Counted from the stretch's first letter, positions 27,674 to 42,049 are shown. The stretch: DNA of 64,000 bases from Thermofilaceae archaeon (GCA_038727095.1 JAVYWK010000001.1:32001-96000), one strand, 5' to 3'. Notes: a model not told the origin generated them from the sequence alone. Numbers and translations are program-made.

Positions 27674-29000
27674 CGGCTCTCATCCTTTTGACAAAAGAGA
27701 GGATGATCTCTGCGAGCCTCCCAGGCTCGTTTATCTCGAATCGGACCCTAGCAACCGGCTTGTTGAGCTTCATATACCTAGAAAGATCGCTGGGGGTTCC
27801 AAGAACCACAGCGTCCGCCGGTACGCTGTTAATCGCTGTTTCTAGCTCCTTCATCTGCGAGGGCCCATACCCCATAGCAGGGAGCACGGGGCCTATGTGC
27901 GCGTACTCCTCGTACACTTTCCTCAGGCTTCCCACGACGTAGGGCCGCGGATCCACAGGGATTCCTCCGAACTTCACCGCTGCCACGTATCCGGCACCAT
28001 AGGGCATGTGCCCGTGCGTAACCGAAGGCCCATCCTCTACTACTAGAACCCTTCTGCTCTTCACGAGCTCAGGGTTGCTGATGTAGACCTCTGATGAAGC
28101 CTGAACGATCTCAGCAGAGGGATTGAGCTTCGTGATCCTTCTGATAGTCGCCTCAACTGCTTCTCGGTCAACCACGTTAACCTTGTTCACAACGATCACG
28201 TCCGCTAGAAGTATATTCACTAGACCGGGAAAGGAGAGTTCGTGGCCTTGCCGCGTGGGATCCGCAACCGTCACGTAGAGGTCCGGCTTGATAAAGGGCC
28301 AGTCGTTGTTCCCACCATCCCAAACTATGACGTCGTAAGGCCCCTCCTCAATCTCCCGCAGGATCCCTGCGTAATCAACCCCTGCGTAAACCGTCGTCCC
28401 CTCGACGACGTGCTGCTCGTACTCCTCCCTCTCCTCGATGGTAAACGTGTGGGCGTCCAGATCCTCTAACCGGCTGAACTTCTGGACCTTCATCGCTTCT
28501 AAGTCGCCGTACGCCATTGGGTGCCTTACTACAGCGGGTCTGAGGTTCGCCCGCTTTAGCACCCTCACGATGTAGCGGGAGGTAGTGCTCTTCCCGGCTC
28601 CCGTCCGCGTAGCTGTGACCGCGATGACCGGTTTCGAGGCCTTCAGCATCGTTTCTCTAGGTCCCAGCACTCTGAAGCTGGCGCCGGCTGCTAACACTCT
28701 GCTTAGCTTCACGAGGACATCTTCGCATGTGAGATCGCTGTATGCTAAGACAACCTCATCTACTCGCAACTCTTGAATTAGCCTTGGAAGATCATCCTCG
28801 CTGTAGATTGGTACCCCCTTCGGGTACAGTGAACCCGCCAGTTCCGGGGGGTAAACCCGCCCTTCGATATTTGGGATCTGAGCGGCCGTAAAAGCCACAA
28901 CCTCGTAATCGGGGTTCCCTCGGAAGAAGATGTTAAAGTTGTGAAAATCGCGACCCCCCGCCCCCATGATGATAACTCTCCTCCGTCGACCCCCCGGCAT
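27657..29000 (-). CDS. cDPGS-like P-loop protein, arginine synthetase (ArcE) family
   Basis: GAGGRDFHNFN, TRTGAGKS, RHPM, TIEEREEYE, WDGGNND, VEDGP. Confidence 0.75.
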   Translation of the reverse strand: MPGGRRRRVIIMGAGGRDFHNFNIFFRGNPDYEVVAFTAAQIPNIEGRVYPPELAGSLYPKGVPIYSEDDLPRLIQELRVDEVVLAYSDLTCEDVLVKLSRVLAAGASFRVLGPRETMLKASKPVIAVTATRTGAGKSTTSRYIVRVLKRANLRPAVVRHPMAYGDLEAMKVQKFSRLEDLDAHTFTIEEREEYEQHVVEGTTVYAGVDYAGILREIEEGPYDVIVWDGGNNDWPFIKPDLYVTVADPTRQGHELSFPGLVNILLADVIVVNKVNVVDREAVEATIRRITKLNPSAEIVQASSEVYISNPELVKSRRVLVVEDGPSVTHGHMPYGAGYVAAVKFGGIPVDPRPYVVGSLRKVYEEYAHIGPVLPAMGYGPSQMKELETAINSVPADAVVLGTPSDLSRYMKLNKPVARVRFEINEPGRLAEIILSFVKRMRADGRLP

Positions 29001-29148
29001 CTTGACCCTCTTACGCCAATCACTATAAATTTCGCCATCAAATGAGGTTCCACACATTCTAGCAGTAGAGCGAAGCAATGGTTAACCTGCCACTGAGGAT
29101 TTGAACGGAAGTTTTTAGCGCAGGCAGTTCTCCAATTGAAGACTCGCA

Positions 29149-29547
29149 ATGCCCGAGAAAAAGGTGGTTGTGATTGATTCGAGCGCGATAATCGCATGCT
29201 TAGAGGATAGGAGGGATCTCTTCGAAGCACTGAGAGACACTTTCGAAGGGGGTGTGGAAGTCGCCGTGCCCAACGCCGTGCTGGAGGAACTAAAGAAGCT
29301 AGCCACGCAGAGTGGGCGCAGGAAGCTAGCGGCTAAATCAGCGCTACAGCTCCTACAAAGAGGCTCGGATGACATAGTTGTCCGCGTGATTGATGTGGAC
29401 GCAAAGAGCACTGATGAAGCCCTCCTGAAACTGTCCATGGAACTGAACGCGTGCCTTATCACTCTTGACAGAGAGCTGCGTAAAACAGCTGAAGCCAAAG
29501 GCATAACGGCTCTCACCTACCTCCGCTCCAAAAAGAGGTTTGGGTGA
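29149..29547 (+). CDS. PIN-domain protein (Fcf1-like)
   Basis: VIDSS, VLEEL, TDEAL, TLDRELR. Confidence 0.85.
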   Translation: MPEKKVVVIDSSAIIACLEDRRDLFEALRDTFEGGVEVAVPNAVLEELKKLATQSGRRKLAAKSALQLLQRGSDDIVVRVIDVDAKSTDEALLKLSMELNACLITLDRELRKTAEAKGITALTYLRSKKRFG

Positions 29548-29628
29548 ACAAATGTGCAAAGTCGCGTGCTCGATTTGATAATCCACCAACCGAGCCGCAA
29601 CAGAAGGTAGAAATACTCCGACTCAGCT

Positions 29629-30528
29629 TTGCACGGCGATATGAACGCCCAATTCCGTGAAAAATCGCGGAATACTTCGCTCGAGGGCGATAGAAACAGG
29701 AGTGCAGGTTGGCGTAAATTCCACGAAAGGATAACCTCCATTGATTACGCATCCGTGGAGAGAAGAATTGCCAGCTACTTGCGGGAGTACCTTGAAGGGA
29801 CAGGAGCTGGCTGTTACGTCCTAGGGCTCAGCGGCGGCATAGACTCGTCGGTTGCGGCCACCCTCGCGGCACGAGCTGTAGAGCCGGAGCGGGTTGTCGC
29901 GCTGATAATGCCCGATTCAACCTCCACGCCCGGTGAGGATCTGGAGGACGCCAGGTGGCTGGTCCGCCACTTGAGCATCAGGTTCCACGAGGCTCCAATC
30001 GACACTCTCGTAGCGGCTGCGTCTACGAGCGTGCCTCTCTTCGACCGGACCGATTTGAAGGCGCTGGGTAATCTGAAGGCTAGGATCCGCATGCTGATGC
30101 TGTACTACGTTGCTAACAGGCTGGGGGGGATCGTGCTCGGCAGCGGCGACCGCAGCGAGCTCCTGCTCGGCTACTTCACTAAGTACGGCGATGGGGCTGC
30201 CGACCTTCTACCCATCGGAGACCTCTACAAGAGTCAAGTTCGAGGGCTCGCTAAGCACTTGGGGCTGCCCGACCGGATCGCCCTGAAGCCGAGTAGCCCG
30301 AGGCTGTGGCCCGGGCAAATGGCGGAAAGCGAGTTGGGGTTCACTTACGACGTGGCGGACGTGGTGTTGTACGCCGTTTTCGACCTCGGCTACGCTCCTG
30401 AGCGCGTTGTTGAGGAGACGGGAATCCCCTTTGAGAAGGTGAGGAGCATCCTGTCCAGGGTGGAGAGCTCAGCCCATAAGCGCCGTTTACCGCCCGTTGT
30501 TGAGCTGAAGGGGGTGGCGCACCCGTAG
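29629..30528 (+). CDS. nadE: NH3-dependent NAD+ synthetase (true start probably about 100 nt downstream)
   Basis: LSGGIDS, NLKARIRM, GYFTKYGDG, HKR. Confidence 0.93.
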   Translation: MHGDMNAQFREKSRNTSLEGDRNRSAGWRKFHERITSIDYASVERRIASYLREYLEGTGAGCYVLGLSGGIDSSVAATLAARAVEPERVVALIMPDSTSTPGEDLEDARWLVRHLSIRFHEAPIDTLVAAASTSVPLFDRTDLKALGNLKARIRMLMLYYVANRLGGIVLGSGDRSELLLGYFTKYGDGAADLLPIGDLYKSQVRGLAKHLGLPDRIALKPSSPRLWPGQMAESELGFTYDVADVVLYAVFDLGYAPERVVEETGIPFEKVRSILSRVESSAHKRRLPPVVELKGVAHP

Positions 30529-30529
30529 C

Positions 30530-31813
30530 CTACGCCCGAAGCCAGTAACCCCTCACATCAAGGTCCATCTGCCCGTTGACCTCGCTCTTCGCTAACCGCT
30601 CTCCCGACAACACATCCAACAGCGCTGGGTAGATCGTTTCGACGGCGAGCTCGCGGAGGCTCCTTCCACTGAAGACCTCCTCTACCGGGATGTAGACGTC
30701 TATGATGCTGGCCAGCTTAGCGTAGGTCTCCCTGTTTGCGGTCACCTTCAGGACAGGGCTCACAACGGACCCCGCCGGCGTTCCTAAACCCGTGGTGAAA
30801 ATGACCGCGTGAGCCCCACCTGCCACCATCCCCGTTATCGCTGGGATGTCCTCACCCGGCGAGTCCATCAGGAAGAGGCCGCCCCTCCCCCGCGGGACTT
30901 GACGAGCGTACGGGAGGACATCGAGGATCTTCACGTTTGCGTCGCTGCCGATCTTCAGCACGCTACCGAGAGACTTCTCAGCGAGAGTTGAGATGCCGCT
31001 CGCGATGTTGCCGGGGGTCGGGTCCGTCTCCAACGTGTACTCCGATAGCGCCTCCTTCACAGCGTAGGCTGCCTCGAGCAGCCTCTTCAGCTTCCTGGCT
31101 ACAGTCTCGTCAGCTACCCTGCTCAATAGTAGGCCCTCGCTACCCAGAACCTCAGTTGTTTGACAGAAAACCACGCTGACCCCCTCTCTAACCAGCTTCT
31201 CAACGACGTACCCAACAGCCGGGTTGGCGAAAAGACCCGAAGTTGGGTCAGATGCTCCGTTACCAACCCCTATCACTACGCGCTTGAGCGGGGCGTCTGT
31301 CCTCTTCAACGAGCTGGCGCTCTCCAGCATCCCCCTCACGAACTTCCTGCCGAGTTCTACGACTCTTTCGAAACCGTCCACTGACTCGGGCCACGGCTCC
31401 TGTAGGTTCACCCAGCGTACTTCAACCCCCCTCTTCACAAGCCTCTCGTAGAGCTTGAACGAGAGGAGGTTCTCCAGCCTACTTTCACCGGAGCCGAGGG
31501 GTCTTTTACAAAGCTGCCCGCAGCCCAGGCTGACGAGCAGTACCCCGTAAACGTTTGGGTGCGAAGCTATGCCGAGCAGGGTTTCGAATGCTACGTCCAG
31601 ATCGAAGCCGACGTGGCAGCAGCCCGCGTTGTGGCGCGCCAGGACAACCCTGTTCTCCCCGTGCTCCCCCCACCTCTCACCCTTGAACTCCTCGTACACG
31701 AGCTCCGCCAACCTGTTCACGCAGGGCGTCGTCGGTAGGATTAGGACGTGGTTCCTAACTCCAAACACCTTCCTAGACTCCCTGTAGTAGGCCTGCACCG
31801 CTTCGGCCATCAC
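30530..31813 (-). CDS. UxaA/GarD/SuyB-family dehydratase or lyase, large subunit
   Basis: GVRN, HNAGCC, HPNV, SLGC, GASDPTSGLFANPAVG, PTPGNIASGISTLAEKSLG, FTTGLG. Confidence 0.88.
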   Translation of the reverse strand: MMAEAVQAYYRESRKVFGVRNHVLILPTTPCVNRLAELVYEEFKGERWGEHGENRVVLARHNAGCCHVGFDLDVAFETLLGIASHPNVYGVLLVSLGCGQLCKRPLGSGESRLENLLSFKLYERLVKRGVEVRWVNLQEPWPESVDGFERVVELGRKFVRGMLESASSLKRTDAPLKRVVIGVGNGASDPTSGLFANPAVGYVVEKLVREGVSVVFCQTTEVLGSEGLLLSRVADETVARKLKRLLEAAYAVKEALSEYTLETDPTPGNIASGISTLAEKSLGSVLKIGSDANVKILDVLPYARQVPRGRGGLFLMDSPGEDIPAITGMVAGGAHAVIFTTGLGTPAGSVVSPVLKVTANRETYAKLASIIDVYIPVEEVFSGRSLRELAVETIYPALLDVLSGERLAKSEVNGQMDLDVRGYWLRA

Positions 31814-32421
31814 ACCTGCACCCTGGCGAACTCGATGAAGCTCGAGCGGAGAAACCTGTAGAAGTCCTTCACGAGCCTAACGTATCGCTCGTTGAGCCGG
31901 ACGCCCGGTGGCGGCTCAACGATGTTACCCAGCCTTAGGGTGCCCCCCTCTCGAACGGGCGCCACAGCGACCCCCACCTTCGTGCGCGGGGGGAGCTGCC
32001 TGAAGAGCGGGTGTGTAGGTCTGAAGTTCACTCCGACGCGCACGAAATCCCCCCTTTCGAGCCGCGAAGTAGCAGTCCCAAGCACGAAGCCGCCCCTGAG
32101 AGCCTTCGGGAGATCGAAGGCAGGGTCGAGCAGGACGTTCGTGACGTGGACAACGAAGCCCACATCGATGTTGCAGGCGCAGATCCCTATCACGTGGCCG
32201 AACTTTCGAACCTCGCTCCCTTCCTCCAGCTTTTCCAGCGCAACCTTGTGCCACTGAGGGATCGGCACGATCGGCCTAACGCTCCCAACGATGCCTCTGC
32301 CCTCCTCGTAAACTGGGTACTCAACCCCCTCAGCGAGCGGGGCTAGAGCTGTTCCCACGTTGTCGCGGGCATCAGCCTTGTACACGACCTGTGGTAGAGC
32401 CACGTGCGTAAGCTGAGCCAC
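31810..32421 (-). CDS. SAF-domain small subunit of UxaA/SuyA type, with a second SAF-like repeat
   Basis: DNVGTAL, IPQWHKVAL, VRKFGHVIG, VHVTN. Likely GTG start at 32421. Confidence 0.8.
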   Translation of the reverse strand: MAQLTHVALPQVVYKADARDNVGTALAPLAEGVEYPVYEEGRGIVGSVRPIVPIPQWHKVALEKLEEGSEVRKFGHVIGICACNIDVGFVVHVTNVLLDPAFDLPKALRGGFVLGTATSRLERGDFVRVGVNFRPTHPLFRQLPPRTKVGVAVAPVREGGTLRLGNIVEPPPGVRLNERYVRLVKDFYRFLRSSFIEFARVQV

Positions 32422-32434
32422 GGGTAATAACTGT

Positions 32435-33790
32435 TCACTCCAGCTCGAGGCCGAGATCCGCAACGTGCTCTCGCACCCTCCTGTATACGCTGGCCCACCA
32501 GGGGGCCGGCTCCCTCCTCTCCAAGTCGTAGAGCTCGCCGAAGGGGACTCCCGGGTTAGGGTTGCGGAGGCTGCTCTCGTAGAAGCGCAGGAACTCGCCC
32601 GCCAGCTCTGCTGCGTGGCTGGGCTTGAGTGCTGCGGCTGCTGCTCCCACCTCGGCCATGAACATCGCCTCTAAGCCGGAGCCGTGCGGCTTCTCACCGT
32701 TAGCCGGTGCAGGTCCCAGCAGGTTGAGGCCGCAGGAGGCCGCGACAATGGAGTTGGCGGCGATTTCGTACAGCATCTCCGCGCAACCGCCCCCGTTCGC
32801 CGGCCACACGTCGCCGACGAGGGGTACGCCGAGCCTCTCACCAGCTAAGCCCAGAACCGCCTCAACCCAGAGGCACTCCCTCGCGCTCGTAGCCTTGAGG
32901 TGGATGTGGTAGGGGTGCACCAGAACGTACGAGGCCCCGTAGGCAACCATCGACGTCAGCGCCTCGGCTACCGCGCAGATCGCTGTGCCGGCCGCCCCCC
33001 TAGCGAAGCCGCCGACTATCGGATCTACCAGAGCCGCGTTGTGAACGCTGTACAGGCGGCCGGTGTGCGCCTTCAGCAGCTGGTCGTAACCCACCTTCAT
33101 CTCGTTGAGGATCGGGATCAGCTGTGCATCGCTCCTACGCAGCAGCCCAGAGGCCATAGCGGCAGCGTTGGCTACCGCGCTCGTGCTGCTCTCGCAGGCG
33201 AGCAGGTGCAGGCCCGGCCTGCCAGCCTCCTCGATTGCTTCCCTCAGTAGCCGGATCTCGAGGAGCGTCGCTTCAACTTCGCTGGGGGCCGAGCGGGCAA
33301 GGCTTAAGCCAGCCACGCTCGTTAGACTGCCGTGGTCGAGAGCGTCGACGAGGGGCTCAAGCGCGTAGCTGAGCGCGCTCGGTTTGAAGATTTCCTCCGG
33401 TGTCGGAGTGCCGGCGTAGCCGCCGAAGACGAAGGGCTTGCCTCCAGAGGCTGGCTTCCTCACGCTGAGAACCCTCGAATCGGCACCTACCCCTAGCCTC
33501 ACCTCACTCTTGGCCGAGCTTAAAGCGCCCCGGACTTCCTCCTCGCTCACCCTAGCAGCGCTGCCCAGCTCAACGATGTAGATGCCTATCTCCAGAAGAA
33601 GCTGCAAACTAGCCTCAAAAACGTCTTTAACCATTGAGGGGTCGCTAGGCACCATCTCCCCCGGGTGGTAGACTACCTGGTACTCCCTTTCGAGGTTGGC
33701 AATTGCCCGGGAGAGGGATAGGTCGAAGGCGCGCTGCTCGAGGCGGGAGGCTTGACGCGCCCTCCTCTCAAGCTCGAGGGGTGGTATCAC
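32435..33790 (-). CDS. Monomethylamine:corrinoid methyltransferase (MtmB) homologue without pyrrolysine
   Basis: VPSD...VFEA, GRPGLHLLACES (Leu at the Pyl position), NEMKV, GLEAMFMAEV. No in-frame TAG. Confidence 0.85.
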   Translation of the reverse strand: MIPPLELERRARQASRLEQRAFDLSLSRAIANLEREYQVVYHPGEMVPSDPSMVKDVFEASLQLLLEIGIYIVELGSAARVSEEEVRGALSSAKSEVRLGVGADSRVLSVRKPASGGKPFVFGGYAGTPTPEEIFKPSALSYALEPLVDALDHGSLTSVAGLSLARSAPSEVEATLLEIRLLREAIEEAGRPGLHLLACESSTSAVANAAAMASGLLRRSDAQLIPILNEMKVGYDQLLKAHTGRLYSVHNAALVDPIVGGFARGAAGTAICAVAEALTSMVAYGASYVLVHPYHIHLKATSARECLWVEAVLGLAGERLGVPLVGDVWPANGGGCAEMLYEIAANSIVAASCGLNLLGPAPANGEKPHGSGLEAMFMAEVGAAAAALKPSHAAELAGEFLRFYESSLRNPNPGVPFGELYDLERREPAPWWASVYRRVREHVADLGLELE

Positions 33791-33797
33791 GCTCCGC

Positions 33798-36062
33798 CTA
33801 TGCTTCTCCAGTTATTATAGCTTCGGCCAGCTCGCCCAGCAGCACGCGTACACCGTAGCTGCGGAAGGGGCTGGGGGGTTCGAACGTGAGGGCGGAGGCT
33901 TTCCAGAGGGCCTCCTTACCCGACCTCCTGGGATCGATTATGTACGTGCGCTCGTACGTGGTGACGACGATCGTCCCATCCAGCGAGAGGAGGGCTGTGG
34001 GAGCAACGTCCAGCTCGATGAGACCCTCGTCGCTCTCCAGCTTCACTGTAGCCCCCATGCGTACCCCCCTACCTCCTACGGGGATCACGTCGATTAGTCG
34101 GGCGATTGTCAGCTTGTGCTCCTTAATCAGGTGCTTAGCTACGGCGAGCCTGGAGGCCTCGTCGAGCAGAGTCCAGTCCCTGATGATGAGCGGCTCGTCC
34201 GGGTTCCTGTAGAGAAGGAGCACGCGCGGGTTGCTGAGGGGGAAGGGCAGCCTGGCTCTAAGCTCCTTCAACCTCGCGCCGTCCAGCTCCGCCTCCAGCC
34301 ACGCGCCCCTATCGATCACGCGAATTTCGCCGGCATCGATCACTCTCAGGAGAGGGGGAGGATCAGGCCGCTCCCCGAGACCCCCTCTATCCTCGCCCAG
34401 CACGCGGCCGTCGCTCATCAGGATTGTCCGGTTCACGAACTTGTTCAATGTCGGCCTGTGCGATATCGCGACGACGGTCGTGTCCCTCAGGTAGCCGAGG
34501 AGCCTCGTTAGGATGACCTCCTCCAGCTCCACGTGGACGTTGCTCGTCGCTTCGTCGAGGATCAGAACCTTCGGCTTCAGCATCGCGGCTCTCGCTAGGC
34601 AGATGAGCTGGCGCTGGCCTCCAGAGAGGTACTTGCCCTGCTCGCCTACGTCGCTGTCGTAAGCGAGGGGGAGCTCAATGATGAACCGGTGCGCGCCGCA
34701 CAGCCAGGCCGCGTAGATCATCGAGATGGGGTCGGGGTCGTCAACGCCGTAGACGATGTTGTAGGCTACGCTGCCCGGCAGGAGCTGCGGCTCCTGGGGG
34801 ACGAGAATGATCTGGCCCCTCAAGCTCGAGAGCTTCACCTTGCGAAGGTCGACCCCGTCGTAGAGCACCCTGCCGCTCGTCGGGTCGAAGAGCCTCACGA
34901 GCAGCCTGACCAGGGTCGTCTTACCCGACCCGTTGGGGCCGACGATCCCGACGACGTCGCCTGGCTTGATCGTGAGGTTGACGCCCTTCAGCACGGGCCT
35001 GCCGGGCGTGTACTCGAACCAAACGTCCTCGATCTCAATTCCGCCCCTAACCTCTAGCTCCACGGCGTCAGGGGCTTCGGAGACCTTCGGCTTTGCCTCG
35101 AGGATCTCGGCCAGCTTCTCGTAGGCTGCTTCAGCCTCGGCCAGCTGGGGGATAAGGCCGGCGATCGCCTGGACCGGGCCGTAAACCTGCCACACGTAGG
35201 CTAGGAAGGCGGTCAGGGTGCCGAAGGTCAGCTCGCCCCGCGTGATTAAGAGCCCGCCCACGAACGTTACTCCGACGGACGCCAGCTGGAGGAGGAAGCC
35301 GAGCCAGGGGAAGATCCTACTCGTGAGCCTGGCCACTTCAACCTCAGCCTCATAGACGTCGCCAGCCATGCTCCCGAAGCGGCGGGCCTCCTCCCTCTCC
35401 CTCCCCGTCAGCTTGACTAGGAGGACCGCGTTGAAAAGCGAGGATACGTAGGCGGACATCCTGCTCACCCTGCTCCACCTCTTCGTGAAGAGCGTCCGCA
35501 TCCTGGGTTGGTACCGGATGAGACCGTAGATGTAGAGAGGGAGGGGTAGCAGCATGATGAGCGCGAGCTTCCAGCTGAGCGCGAAAACCACGACGAGCAT
35601 GGCAGCCAGCTGGATCGAGTTGAGCAGAATTGTGGAGAAGCTGTCGAGCACGAACCTCTGCACCCTATCCACGTACCCGTACAGGCGTGTCACAAGGTCC
35701 CCCACCTGGGTGGACTGGTACAGCTCCATGCCGAGCTCCATGGACTTGGAGAACACCATCGAGCGCAGGTCGAGCGCGAACCGGCCGCTTAAGACCTGCT
35801 GGTAGTAGCCCCTAAACGCGCCCAGCGCCGTGGCCACCGCCAGGATCAGAACGAGGACCCCCGAGTAGGCCACGATAACCCCGAAGTCCCCCCTCATGAC
35901 GCCCTGGTCTATGATGGCCCTCGTAACCAGCGGACTAACGATGCCCAAGCTCATGGAGATCAGGGAGAGTAGGAGGACTGCGACAAGCAGCCACCGATGC
36001 CGGAACAGTAGGTAGTAGAGGTTAATGAACCTGTAGCGCTTCAGAAGCTTGGAGCTGAGCAC
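33798..36062 (-). CDS. ABC exporter (TMD+NBD) fused to a C-terminal DUF1854-like domain
   Basis: GPNGSGKT, LSGGQRQ, ILDEATS, ISHR. C-terminal RLPFPLSNP...LDEASRLAVAKHL. Confidence 0.85.
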   Translation of the reverse strand: MLSSKLLKRYRFINLYYLLFRHRWLLVAVLLLSLISMSLGIVSPLVTRAIIDQGVMRGDFGVIVAYSGVLVLILAVATALGAFRGYYQQVLSGRFALDLRSMVFSKSMELGMELYQSTQVGDLVTRLYGYVDRVQRFVLDSFSTILLNSIQLAAMLVVVFALSWKLALIMLLPLPLYIYGLIRYQPRMRTLFTKRWSRVSRMSAYVSSLFNAVLLVKLTGREREEARRFGSMAGDVYEAEVEVARLTSRIFPWLGFLLQLASVGVTFVGGLLITRGELTFGTLTAFLAYVWQVYGPVQAIAGLIPQLAEAEAAYEKLAEILEAKPKVSEAPDAVELEVRGGIEIEDVWFEYTPGRPVLKGVNLTIKPGDVVGIVGPNGSGKTTLVRLLVRLFDPTSGRVLYDGVDLRKVKLSSLRGQIILVPQEPQLLPGSVAYNIVYGVDDPDPISMIYAAWLCGAHRFIIELPLAYDSDVGEQGKYLSGGQRQLICLARAAMLKPKVLILDEATSNVHVELEEVILTRLLGYLRDTTVVAISHRPTLNKFVNRTILMSDGRVLGEDRGGLGERPDPPPLLRVIDAGEIRVIDRGAWLEAELDGARLKELRARLPFPLSNPRVLLLYRNPDEPLIIRDWTLLDEASRLAVAKHLIKEHKLTIARLIDVIPVGGRGVRMGATVKLESDEGLIELDVAPTALLSLDGTIVVTTYERTYIIDPRRSGKEALWKASALTFEPPSPFRSYGVRVLLGELAEAIITGEA

Positions 36063-36218
36063 GACGTTATAGCGTAAACCGGTTATTTAAACTTCATCTC
36101 TAAAGAAAGTTAGTTATGATTGAGGGCTTTAGGCGCGTATAAAAGAGCTGGATAAGGAGAAGGTAGGCGCCGCTCATAGTTCGGCAGTGTTTACGCCCGA
36201 GCGAGTACGAACTCGGTT

Positions 36219-39297
<3,079 letters not shown>

Positions 39298-39432
39298 AAC
39301 CTCGCCCGTACTCGCTCGGTTAGCGTCACCGCCGAACTATGGGCGGCGCTCACAGCGACCAAGCTGGGCGAGCTTGGCCGCTCAGCCCTTCACCCGAGAG
39401 ACTCCAGTCTCCCGGGTTGCATGTGAGAGAGC

Positions 39433-41024
<1,592 letters not shown>

Positions 41025-41170
41025 TCTTAGACCCGAACCTCCAAGCCCCCCTCGCCGAGGGCTTGGTTTGTTCGGGCCCGCACGTTGTCACCGCGGCTGG
41101 AGGCCACGCCTTCACGGGGAGAGGGCACTCCTCTCCCATTATCCGGGTGAGCCGCCGAAGCCGCGGCGCA

Positions 41171-41890
41171 TTATACCTGGCGTAACGCGGACTTAAATAT
41201 TTTACTCCCGTTGAGCACCTTGGTTAGCCCGAGTAGAGCTCTCACAGTGGCGTTACATAAGGTTGGTGAGGAGAGCAGGGCCCATTCCACCACTTCCCTC
41301 GCTCGGGATCTCTCAAACAGGATTCGCCCCTCTCGCGCAACCGATGGGAAGAGCTGGAAAAGCTCACTGAAGCTAACTGCACCAAGCGGGTAAGCGACCC
41401 TGTATTGCGTGTCCAGCTTTATCCCCCTACGATCCCCGAGGAAGACTTCACCCAATGCATAAGCTGCCAAATCCTCTACCGTGTCGGGGAGTACCACAAG
41501 AGCGTCCTTGTAGCCGCTTATGTGGGGTAGAACTGATAAACGGAAACCAGTGTAGGTTTCGTAGTTTGCTTCATAGAACTCGTAATCCAGCTTTAGAGTC
41601 GTACATCTGCCTTGAAGAACTGGGCGCGCACCCACCTCGATGACCCGGATGGTCACATCGTAACCCTTCTCTACACTCGTTACGAGCTCTAGTGCCGCTA
41701 GCGATTGCGCATCGCTTCTACCCACCAGTAGGATGCTATCTCTGGGGTGGGGGGAGGCCATCCTGAGCCATCGGAGAACCCTGCCTACCACCGATCTCTT
41801 CAGGCAGCCTTGGCACAGCGCTGCTCCGTACATATCCACGCAGCACGCCCGTTTACCGCAGCGTTCGCACAGCCTGTTCGCAGGAAGCAT
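41171..41890 (-). CDS. Degenerate TtuA/NcsA-like (tRNA thiolase-fold) protein
   Basis: N-terminal CERC...CQGC Zn finger. PP-loop replaced by VGRSDAQS; PDTVEDLA at the GHxxDD position; YPL at the RPL position. Confidence 0.6.
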   Translation of the reverse strand: MLPANRLCERCGKRACCVDMYGAALCQGCLKRSVVGRVLRWLRMASPHPRDSILLVGRSDAQSLAALELVTSVEKGYDVTIRVIEVGARPVLQGRCTTLKLDYEFYEANYETYTGFRLSVLPHISGYKDALVVLPDTVEDLAAYALGEVFLGDRRGIKLDTQYRVAYPLGAVSFSELFQLFPSVAREGRILFERSRAREVVEWALLSSPTLCNATVRALLGLTKVLNGSKIFKSALRQV

Positions 41891-42049
41891 GGTGTGTGGA
41901 ACCGGCTATACAGTGCACCTAAAGCTTTCTCTCGATGCTCAGCAGTCGCCGCACGTAGATTCATGAGCGAGGCGGCAACTGTACCGGGCTTTCAGCAGGT
42001 TTCATCGCAGGCGTAGAGCATATTACTCGCTATCCACTGTAGGGCCTGG

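Noticed and set aside
29553-29635. GTGCAAAG/CTTTGCAC stem containing AACAGAA, reminiscent of RNase P CR-V
   Set aside because: No CR-I motif and too short.
32435-33790. Pyrrolysine recoding in MtmB
   Set aside because: No in-frame TAG; Leu at the equivalent site; no pyl genes in the window.
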